Origin: Folioceros fuciformis
Taxonomy: Eukaryota
Length of the DNA stretch: 64,000 bases
Direction of reading: 5' to 3'
Assembly (NCBI GenBank): GCA_049999805.1
Contig: JBNGIO010006164.1
Coordinates: 27,769 to 91,768, forward strand
Both the position numbers and the translations under genes were made by a program. Every line of letters starts with the position of its first letter. Positions within the stretch are counted from its first letter, which is position 1. A model generated the notes under the pieces. The model made no database searches. It was given only the letters and a program-made list of their open reading frames with translations, and was not told where the DNA came from. This document shows, piece by piece, positions 12,123 to 23,659 of this stretch.

Positions 12123-15100
12123 ATGGCCGGGCCGGCGTTTGAAAATCTTGGTGTTGCCCCCAACAAACGCTCTGGCTTGGCTGCAGGCGTTTCCCTCCCT
12201 CTTCGCCTTGTGGCTTGTGCGCCTGGGTCTCACGCGCCGGCTCTTGCACGTGCTTCTTCGATTCGTGCGTTCTGGAAGGCCCAAGCCCAGGCCCACGCCC
12301 GCTCCTCGCCATCTGGTAATTCTTCTTCTGCTGCTGCTGCTTCTAGAAGCCTCCTGAGGCCGCGTCCTGTCCGGGAATGGTTGTGCGCTTCTGATGTTTG
12401 CAGCTCTCCTTGCGCATGCCTTGTGGGGCGCAGGATAGGTCGCTGAATGCGCCGGGTTCAAGCCTGAGGGATGTCGTGGAAGCTAAAGGCGCCAATTTCG
12501 CGGTTTTGTGACAGTTTCTGTGAGTGAAGCGTTTTTGTGTTGCGGTTCCTAGACTAGTACTGTGTGTGTGTGTGTGTGCTTCCTCTTGCATTTGCGCATG
12601 TTGCTGTGTGATCGAATGTTGGCGTGGTTAGACTGACTCGAGTACAGGCTTGACGGAAATGATAATTAGCTGGAACTGGAGTGGGAGTGGGGGTGATTGA
12701 TGCTGCAGTGGGGGAATGATAGGAACGAGAGTAAACGAACGGGTTTGATACGGAATGGAATTGTAATGAACCTTGCGCTGAATTGGACGTAAGGAAAATT
12801 TTGTAACCACGTTTTATGAAGAGGTGTCTGTGTCCGAGCGAACGTAAATGAATGTTGTCCCAGAATGAGGCTTTGAGAGTACTAGTCAGTCATGAGAATG
12901 GTGGGAAGGCATTGTACCTGGAGGCACTGGTACGCAGCGCTGCAGGACCTATGACCACGGAGTCATGGGTTGAGGGGCATGCATGATGTGGTCTGCTCTT
13001 CCCAGGGGTGGAACATTTTGGGGAGAAAGAGGTGGAAGTGCAGTTTCGTATGGGGGGCTCCGACACCACAGAATATGCGGGTCTATGGGATCTTGGCCAG
13101 CAGACGTTTGCACAGGCTGGGGATGAGAGTGGTGGCCTGCCTTGTGGGAGCCAGCACCGGTATGGGAATGACTGTGGCGACCACTTGGGGCAGCATGGTC
13201 AAGGGTATTCAGATTTGGAGGAGTTGGACCATGATGATGATGCGGAGGAGTGTGGTACCTATCTCAGCATGTGGAAGAAGAACCTCGGGTGCCATGATGT
13301 GTATTCCAGCTCCAGAACGTGTACAGGTTCTGATTCAAAAGCTCATGTGGCGAATGTTGATAGAGCAATTATTTCGCACGAAGACACACCAATCAAGCCT
13401 GGGGTCGGGCCTGGGAGCTATGCCAGAACATTCGAGGAGCTGCTGGAGCAGTCCTTGAAGGCACAAGAAAGTGCCAGTTCTGATGGAGGGTCAAACAAAA
13501 GTGAGGACTTGTTAGCTGCAGATATGGGGTTGTTGAGCAGATCAATGGCATCTGTTGAGGAGGATCATCCAGGGGCTCGAAAATTGTTGGACGTGCGAAA
13601 TATGCCAGAAGGTGATATTGCTCGGGTGAAAGGGCTGCTGGCGATAGATGAAGTGCAGGGAACATTGGAGAAGTTGCATGAAGAGGTCCTCACACTGTCA
13701 CGGGTAGTGGCCGCAGATGATAGATCTTCGTCTTGCTCTGCTTCTTCTGTAGAGGAATCACAAAGGCTCTTGATGGCATCATCACCTCTGTACAAAGGCT
13801 TGCAGAGAGGCAGGCGAACGGGGAAGACGATTCCGAATCAGTGCAGAATCGGTTGTCGACGACAAGCAGATAACCTGGAGGAGGAAATCCATTCAGCTGC
13901 TAATGCAGGTCTGGGGGAAAATAGTGCTCAAAGATGGAGTTGTAGAGAAAAGCACCGACGCGTGATTAATTCTTCTGGCCAGAACTTCGAGAAGCTTTCT
14001 AGGCTTCCCACTGGTCGAAAGAATCTAGCAGTCAGCTGGGAGGATCCAGGTCAGGCGGGGGTCATCCAACCAAGTGCGAGGTGTGCTAAAGAAGCCAAGC
14101 GGCCTAGGCCTGTAAAAGCAGCCCATCAGCAATCTGGCGAGGCTCAGATTCCATCTGGGGAAGGAATTTTGCAGCTGGTGTCCGACCACATCTTGCTTAG
14201 GTCGTCCTCCAATGGAGGAAGCGACCCTGCTTGCAGAAGATTGCATGCACATAGCGGGGACCTCAAAAGGAACCACCTGCCATTTGAAGAAAATGCGGAT
14301 CCGACTGTGGCGGTTAGACAAAGGGAGGTGAACTGGTGCCCTACACTGTCAGCTACTGTGGTAGCGGAGGTTAAGGATAAGGATGACGGAGATGAAATGG
14401 ATAAGACAACAGACGAAAATGGTGGAGGAAGGGCGCACAAACGACAGGGAACCAGCTACATTGTTTTTGATGGCGATGCTAGTCTTTCGAATGCTATAGA
14501 GACTGTTACTCAGGCTTGTAAATTTGGAAGGTTATTTGATACAGATCATGCTTCTGCTATACCTGGGGATGGAATATCAGTGAGTCAGCAAAATGGCACT
14601 GCTCGTTCTGTTGTCAGTGGAGCACCTCTTTGTGTTTCCAACTCCAATTTCGGGTTGCATAAGGCAAGTCAGAAGGATGTAGACAGCTGCCACGTCGCTG
14701 AGCCTCGAAGTATGACTGACCTGAATTCGAAGTTATCAAATCCTCTTTCTGAATCGAACTTACCGAATTTGACGATTGAGTGTCTGACTGGAGTGGTTTC
14801 TAGTGTAAAAGGGTCACAGGATGACATGATGTCTGATCCAGTGTCAAGCTGTGATGACGAAAGTCTTTCTGCAGCGGACAAAGAATCAATCGACAATGAG
14901 TCTGCTCCTTTGCTCTGTCGTATTGACTTACAAAGTCCGAGTTTAGAAGCTTGTAATGTTGATGGGCCTGATCAAGAGGTCGGAAACGAAGAGTGTAATA
15001 AAGGTGCTGTGAAGTTCGAGGACATCCTTGCATTGCTCAATTTGAGAATAAAGAAGGAAGATCCAAAAGATTTCTCTTTGTCTGAAGCAAATGAGAGTGC

Positions 15101-18100
15101 AGCTGTTGGTCATCTTGATGTGACAGCTTCACAGAAACCTAACTCTGGATGTGTGTCAAAGAGTTCTATTCAGATTGAAGGTTGTGGCACAGTTTCACCA
15201 GGACCTACTGTTGGTGGCTACGATTCCACAGAATTTGAGAATGGCTTTGTTTGTGAGGATGTGAGGAACCATCTTTCAGAGTCTCCTGGTGCTGAACAGC
15301 TGCTGTGTAGTCGTGTTGCAGCAGATGACGACAAACCACGTGAATGTGCTGGTGGTTCTACACGCCAACCTGACGACCGCCACATTTCTTATCTAGAATT
15401 TGACAGCTATCCATTCTATCCAATGGCTGTGGTGGATCATGATGAATCAGGTCAATATGCTCTCCCAAACCCAGGGCATTTCGAAAATTATCAGCATCTA
15501 TGGCTGCATAATCCTCATCAGTGTGCTGCTGACACTGACCTCAAGTTTTACATGCGTGCCACTGAGAAAGAGATAGCTAGAAAGAATCCTCATGATTGTG
15601 CTGTGAGGTGTGCAGCAAGTACAGGACCTGTGGATCACGGCTCTGGAACTCAGAGGGATGAAGCAGAACAAGTTTACTCGTCTGCAGAATTGGAGGACGA
15701 ACGGGCATTGAATCTTGAAGGTGGACTTCCCTTAAGGGCCTGCCTGGTGCCATTAAGAGAGCTTGTAAATCGTCCTCGGGAGCGCAGCCAAGTAGGAATG
15801 GATAGGCATAAAGCAGTTCTTTTGTACAAAAATCCTCTTTGGACGGATTCATCTCAAGACGTGACGGAGATGCTGGGAAGTGGTCATGTTCCTGGGGAAT
15901 CGGATGCTGAGCTGAAGGCAGATATGGCTAAGTATGTGTCAACAACCCACAGAAGTGATCGAAGAAAAGGCTGGAACGTGGATGGCAGTATTTCCATGAA
16001 TGCTCTTCGAATGGCTAGTCTTCTACCAGCTGATGAAGAATCGCCAGAGTCTCAAGATTGTGTTTCTGAGGAGCAGAATGGTCAACAATGGAGGAAGAAC
16101 GGTCCTCTTAATTGTGGGTCTGGCGGAACTTGTCAGGAAAGAACCTGTGAGGACTCGTATCATGGTTCTGAGGAGTTGTGGCTAAGTCAAAGTAGCTTGC
16201 AGGAAGGATATGCCTCAGAGTCACTAACTGCAAATGATAGGGGATCGGTGAAAGGAATATCTGATGTCTTGAGTGGGTCTAGCATGTCTGGAAGCCTCTC
16301 CTGCAATAATCCAATGGGTACAGTGTCTAGCAGATGTCCGGTCGATGCTCTGACTGAGCCTCCTGTTGTGACCAAGCAGGAGGAATTCCGTGCTCACCAG
16401 TTATCCGATATATGTGATGCATTTGATCCAGTTGATGAGTTGATTTCTGTTGTGGATCAGGATAATCGAGGAGAGAAAGCGGTTGCAAGTGAGAAGAAGA
16501 GCAGTGAGGGGTGGTTTTTGTCTCTTGATACTCCTGTTGGACAGGATGATGGGACAGCCAGAGACAGGCTAGAATCTGTCCGTCCTCTTTGGAGAGAGAG
16601 TGTGGGGAAGTCCAACAATCTTGTTAAAGTTGCCTATGGTCGCAAAATAAGGCCGCAGCGAAGTGGTTTGCCGCATCGGGAAAGAATCGTGGAGGGAAAA
16701 GGTGCAGAAAGTGTTGCAGAGGCAGAAACAGAAACATTGTGGGACACGAATTCTGGTGCCATGACTATTCATCAGTTCTCCAGGAATTATCAAGTAGATA
16801 ACACGGGAGGTAAACAGTCCACTAGGTCTGGCATGAAGCATAATGGTGTGCGGGATGTACGTGGGTGTAATGGTTCTAGCACCTTCAGCCCAAAGTCCGT
16901 CATGCAAGCTGGCCATATCTTGGAAGTTGAGAATGATTTTGGTGAGTCTGTGACAAAGGATAACCATCTGACAAAAGGATACAATTCGTCAAAGAAAGAT
17001 GAGTTGGCGAGCAAAGGTCCTCTGCCCGATCCCGAAGATCCGAACATGCTGTGCAACAAAGCACATGTACATTTCACCACCTGCGGCACCGGATGTGGAG
17101 GTTGTGACATCATAGGTGGATCACACTTGAAGAACAGCTGTGTAGGATCAGAAGTTGTTCACCAAGAGGAGCATGGCAGATTGTTGAGGCCGCCGAAGAG
17201 CAGCAACGTCAATCAAGGAGAAACCCATACAACTGTGGCTGGTGGCGAGGGTGTGGGCGAGACGGAAAAATTACTGGCGGCCCTTGAGCTAGAAGGTTTG
17301 ACTTACTGATACCAAAGAATGCTTCTGTATGGTGCAAAGGACACGATCTTGAACTAGTAGCATGCGTAACTGTGAACACGTTGCTATGTCATTGCATTGC
17401 CGACCAAGCTTCTGATTTTACCTACTGCAGAATTTCGTTTTTTGGAGAGGAGAGTGAGGAAGGAGGTTGAAGGAACCAAGTCCAAGGAATCAAGTTTGTG
17501 TAATCTGAACTCCGTAAGACCTGCTCCGAAGGCCGAGGTAGCAGATAGGCACTGGCCTCAAGCGTCAACTCTGGAAAGAAATGGCATAATTTTCCCTGAA
17601 GCAAACACTAATATCGAGCACTTTGAGGAACCTTCTCCTGGAGAATTGACAGCTCGGTTCGATGACAGGAGCACTTGGCGTGAGGAGGTTGATCAGGCGA
17701 ACACTTTGACGGCTTATCTTGCCATGCGTGCTCTGCACTGTGCACATGCTGCGCAGTTCCTGTGCTTACAGAAACTTATGTTTTGCGTGGCAGATGCAGG
17801 AAAAATCATGTTGTGAAGGCGTAAATGGGTGCTGTGCCACAAGTACAGCTGTTCCCGATGAAAGTCAAGATACTAAGCCATGTGCACCAGAACGAACGGC
17901 CACACAAAGGACAGAAGACCCTATGTCGAAACTAGTGCGCTCATACTTCCTTCCTGGCAAAACTCAGAAAGACAGTTCAAATACGACTCCTCCAGACGGG
18001 ATTAATGCGGAAAGTGGTGATGCCTTCGTCCAGAAGAAAGTCCAGGTTCTAGAAGCTGAAATTCTGAAGTTTCAAGCTGAGACCAAAAAAGCTCAAAGAC

Positions 18101-20547
18101 TTGCTAAGGTATCGTGTACTCAAAGCCCATTTCTCACAGCATTGTGGATGTTCCTTGCCATGTTTGGTTTTTCATTTTCTTCCATACGTCTCTCAGGAGT
18201 GTGACGAGAAGGCCTATCAGCTGGCCCAAGAAAAGGTTGCTTGGGAGCAGCAGAAGAGGAAAGACGCTCAAGCATTTGCAGAGTTCAAAGAAGAGCAGGT
18301 AATATTTTTTTGTTCCCCAGGCGCTACTCACGTACCTCCTTCTGGAGTGGCTACATTTCATGCGTATGCTGGCGCAGATGCGCAAGGTGAAGAAACATCA
18401 TCAGATGCTTGAGAAGTTATCCCAAGATCTTCTGCAGCTTCCTACAAAGAAGGAGCGAAATCAGATTGACGAGCTGAAGGCTGAGATGGCACAGATGAAG
18501 GAGGAAAGCTTGAAGAAAGAGAGTCGTTGGCGTCTGACGGTAGGAGGTTTGACGTTAAGCGGACCCGCTGAATCCATGTCCTACTTGCTGTGTTAATCCA
18601 ATTAAGTTCTACGATGAACTCAATTTCCAGTACCGTGACTACGCAGAACAAACGGCTGCGCGGGATAATAGACGAGCTCACTGGGCAAAGTCGCGAGCTA
18701 CAGGAGGAAGTAAAGCCCTTACCCCATTATCCTGCAGAGTAGCGTCGTACCTAGATTTGTTAGTTTAGTCAGTCTGTTACGTCCCAGCTTTCTTTCTCTA
18801 GATCTCTTGTTAGATCAGTGAGCTACTGTGATGAGCTGATCAGGTTTTTGGCATCGTCAGATCAAGAGATACGAGGAACGATTGCACAAGGAGTGGCAGG
18901 CGAAGGATGCTAGTTCCGCCTCGAAATCTGATAAAGGGACTTCTGTTGACTATAACATTATGTCAATCTCTATGCGAGAGAGCTCTCAGTATGTTGCACT
19001 GGACGAGTACACCTCCTATCACCAAATAATGGACTCATCGACTAGTCTGCAAACGTCAAGTGGGCTTCTTGAAACTAGGCACAGAAGGCAACCTTACCAT
19101 CTGGAGACACGGACAGGTTCAGGAGGTGGCGCACGTTCCGGGGCAATGATGGACAAGGTAATGCCACCTCAATCAAAGGATAGAGGAGGGATGGACGTGT
19201 CCGACGAAGCAAGAGTCAGTGGAGTGGAAAACGGGACCTCGTCCACAAAGTCGAAATTCCTTAGTGGCAAGGATAGATCAGGCCTTCCGAGCCGTGATGT
19301 TGGGATGTCAGGTATGGAAATGGAAGGTGGCAGATCCTCGCAAATCAAGGATTCCATGAAGAACACGTCTGGACAGTCAGAGTCCGCTCTCAGATCAACA
19401 GGCCTGCAGGGGGGACGAAGCGCATCACCTAATGACACGAATCGACGGCTTTATGGTGGGCGATACATGGAAACGTTGGCGACTAGAGTCACGACATTGG
19501 AAGAACCTCCCGCTGCTAACGGGCATCCTTCATTAGAACCGCAATTCCACGGTACTCTTAGCCCCTTTCTTCTCCTTCGCCGGGAATGTTCTGGTCACTG
19601 CTTATAAACTCGTGTTCCAGGTGTTGGAGTAGTGCAAAACTTGCAACACGCGGACGTCTGGCGACCAGATATAACCAGTGACGATGGAAGGTCATCGCCC
19701 AGTATTCCAGCGGCTGCGAGATCTGAGGTGGGCATTTTTGATGTATTCCTTCGTTTTCTTGCGTGAACGTCATGAAGTTCTGTGCTGATCGACTACGATC
19801 TTGGACCAGACAAACTTTTTTGCAATGATGATTCTTTACAAATTCGAAGTAGCACATCTAAAGGTTTACTATAATTTGAAGCGATCATTTGACCGTCTGC
19901 GGAGCATACTGGAGCTGTTGTAAAGGCTCCGCAAAGCTAACCAGCGTTAGAATAAGTCAAGAATTCTCTTTGCCAGGGACTGATGAATAGCGAGCCCATA
20001 CAATAGAGTGACAAGTATGCTGAAACCACAGTGTCAAAAGTCTTTGGTGCCGACTTCAGTTAAACCCGAGTAGGAGTGTTTACCTTACCCTTTTTTTTTA
20101 ATATGTTTCTTTGTTCAGGACAAGGTTTCACCTGACGACTGCGTATACTTTTCCAATGGCGACATCAAGAACACACTCCCCGATGGTAGCATAGAGTATT
20201 ATTACTCAGAAGTGGATACATGGCACACAACCAAGCCAAATGGTGTGGAGATTTTCTACTTCCCTGACTATCAGGTAGTGGTTGAGTCAAGTGCGTGCTC
20301 ATGCGGTCGGTCATCGTTTGTCCGTGAATTACCTTGGACTGCTATTCAGTCAGCAAGTGGCTAACTGAATTGGTAATGCTTGATGGTGGATGTGGTCCTT
20401 CATTTCCTGATCTATTGAATGTTACAATTGTCTACGCACTTGACCATCGTGCATCACCTGCTTACACAGGTGGAAGAGCACTGGCCAAATGGACAGAAGA
20501 AGATTATCTCACCAGATGGAACTTTTTACGTTATCGGAGCCTCGTAA
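12123..20547 (+). CDS. SAS4: Centriole assembly protein SAS-4 / CENP-J (CPAP) homologue, multi-exon with a ~4.3 kb exon
   Basis: Spliced ALELEEFRFLERR motif; coiled coil FAEFKEEQ...LPTKKERNQIDELK...KKESRWRLT; C-terminal TCP10/G-box YFSNGDIKNTLPDGSIEYYYSEVDTWHTTKPNGVEIFYFPDYQVEEHWPNGQKKIISPDG (20120-20547). First exon 12123-12438 is tentative (phase-compatible with the acceptor at 13005). Confidence 0.85.
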
Positions 20548-20746
20548 AACATATTATAGGCCTTGAACATCTGGATCAATCAATTAGGGTAGGGGTTGGA
20601 TCATCCAGTAGCAAGAGAAAGCCACCCAAACTGCTAATCCCATTTCAATTAGATTCATGAACGGTAACTAGATATTTGCCAAAATTCGCCCTCCTCAAAT
20701 CTTTCCTTCGTCGACCGAGGCATGGCCCAGAATACAATGTTCGGAA

Positions 20747-23098
20747 TCATACTCGATCAAGTGTAGCGCCCACTGATGGACCCCCTTTGCGGAAAACATA
20801 GAGATGTTCAATAGCCACACCTTCCAGTTTACGAGGAACTACACCGAGATCCTGAAAGCTCAAAGCTGTGACCACCCACACAGAGACATTGACACGAAAG
20901 TTAAACCGACTGAACTAGTGTTTTAATCCGAGATGCATATTGCAGACAACACTAAAACATACCTTCTGGCGATACAACGTAATCGTCTTCAAGCGACATC
21001 AGGTAATTACGATTGAACGTTGCCGGGTGCGGGATGGGAAAAGGAAGCCTCTTGAGCAGGACTTCCCGTGGAGTTGCAATTAACTGCCATAGAGCAATCA
21101 AAGAACCAGCGGTTAGGACCTTGAACATAAAGCAGGCAGATGCCATAGATGAAACCTGATACACGCACAACCGTTCCAAACTTGAAGAGCAGTGACAGTT
21201 TCTTTACATGGGCAATAAATGCTGGAACGTTGATGACCCGGGGTTTTTCACGAATTGTCTCGAACACAAGATCCACCTGTAGACAATACAAATCTCAAAT
21301 GAGATAGCCTGCACACAGGAGCTGCACCACAATTGGAAACACGAGTCAAAGCAACCTTCAAATTCAAAAAGGGACGTTGATCCTACAAGCTCTCTCATCG
21401 TGAATACTTCTGGTCCTCCAAGCTCATACGTCCTCCCCATACTTACTCCTTCATCCTTAACAGTTGAAACAACTGCTGCCGCAACATCTACCACATGCAC
21501 TGGCTGCAACCTGGTACATGAGAAATGAAGTCAGTTCAACACGCTGCAAGTTATTGGCTCCCAGACGCAGCCCTAACCAACAACTTCTAGAATCCTCGCT
21601 TTCGGGAAGTACTTTGTTTTGCCGCCTGATATTAGTGGCACCGCCGGCAGATTCTTCGCTTGGATAGCAATACGATTTAGGAGACGGTCTTCAGTCCCAA
21701 CCATAGGAGCGGTCCTAAGTACTGTAGCCTGCGGACAGACACCTGTCAGAGTCGCTACACATTATAGAGAGTCCATTGACCAGAAGACAGGAGTAAGCGT
21801 GGAACCTCAGGAAATTCCTTCAAAACTGCTTTCTCTCCAGCGGCCTTGGTCCTGTGAAGCTGGGCCGCTGCTGATGGAGAGGCACCCAAGCAAGAAACTT
21901 GGATGAATTTAGAAATGCCTCCATGTTCTTTGGATATCTGCACCCAGGTTCACCAAAACTAACGTTATTCTACAACCAAAAACCTTCTGAGCAAGGCTTC
22001 AACCAGCCAGAAGCTATACCCGTGCCAAGCGTCCTGCTGCGGCAATGTTGATATCTTCAAAACTGAAATTTCGAGTTTCATACTCCTTGCCTATCAACAC
22101 AACAGGAATGACGTCACTTAGATCAGCGGTGCCACGACCGAGGGAATGCCCAATGCCACGATCGCAGGAAAGGGTGGAATAGCTAAAATCACAGACCAAT
22201 TACATTGATGACCACATTTGACTTCGCGATTGCTGCTCTTATGGACTCTTCATCTCTTATGTCACATCGCATGGGAACAATCTGGATTCCCAAAGCATAC
22301 AAGAATTCAGCACACGAAGCAACCGAAGCAAAGCCGAGACCCTTTCCTCGATCAGCTAGCTCCTCACCTGCCCCAGATCTCCCATCACTTTCAGGTGCCG
22401 GAAGTCCTCATCCAACCCTCTGTAGGGAACCATAACCTGAGAACCAATACGGGCTGGAGTCCAAACCCGAATCAGATAACAAAGAAAAAGGCCCATGACG
22501 TAAATCCTCCAACAACATACACAAGCTCCGACACATTGCCGTCTTAAGTGCACGCAGCGCCAAGGTCATACCCAGCTGCTGCACGACATAGCGCCCCAGA
22601 AACCCTGTCGCTCCAAACACTGTGGCAACAACGCCGCTGAAGCAATGTAACTAGGTCAGGAAGAGGACAGGAGACGAATTCTCCAGCCATGTGGCATTGC
22701 CCTCCTCAGCCATGCACCAAAACGAGCTCAGCAGCAGCACTGTCAGACGACAGACCTTACAGACGACCGTCCGCCGGTGCCTCTGTGACGAGGTCTCACA
22801 GCCAAGGAAGAAGAGAATCGCACATCTGTGCCCACAAACGGTCCACAACCAAGCTAAGATCTCCAGCTTTGAAGGATCACAACCACCACACTCCTGCGGC
22901 GGGATCGCCAACAGGACGAACGCAGTAGCCGAGCAGACAAACAGAAACGAAAGCAGGTCAGGAATGCATGGCCGCATTGCTACCTGGAATGTCGAATTCC
23001 GCCGGCGCAGATGCATCCACCAGCTGATGCAGAGGCGGACTGGCTGGAGCTCGGGACACGCGGCCAAGCTGCGCTGCCCGCCGTGCTGCCTGCTGCAT
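20747..23098 (-). CDS. NDUFA9: Mitochondrial complex I 39-kDa subunit (multi-exon)
   Basis: GTGGRSSVS, VFGATGFLGRYVVQQL, GSQVMVPYRG, LKVMGDLGQ, KEYETRNFSF, QPVHVVDVAAA, YELGGPEV; ends RKGGPSVGATLDRV*. Confidence 0.93.
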
Positions 23099-23659
23099 GG
23101 CTGCCTCTCTTCCTCGGTCGCTCCAAGGCAATGCTGCCTGCTTTCTTCCGTGTGGAGTTCCCCGCCAGGAAGGCCCGGAATCATCCGCTAATTCACGTCC
23201 TACACTAAAGACTCCGAGTTTGTTGAACTTCGCCTTTCACGTTTCGCCATGTATGTACACACATGTAGTTCTAGGTGACATGCATACAAGATTAGTATGG
23301 ACCATGTCCATACAGCTACGCGGAGCACATTGCCACGTATGTACAACTTAGCGACAGAACTCGGGGCGTCGGGCATGGATAAATTGTTGGGTCTGGAGAC
23401 ATATTTGCTTGCTATGGTGCATGATGCGGCTACGCTCGGAGGTTAGAGTGATGCATCCACGGCTGAGGAGGCGGCGGAGGCTGCAGCCTCTGCAATGTGT
23501 GCCCATCCATGCTCTTCACATTGGGTTTTCCTGCCTCTTTATGTCCCTCTGCTGTGGGAATGGCGGATCTGATGGGTGTGGAAGAAGAATGCTGATCACA
23601 TTGTGTCACCAGGCACAATGGCCATGTGAAGACAGCTCTCCAGGCAGTGGGGCTGCATT

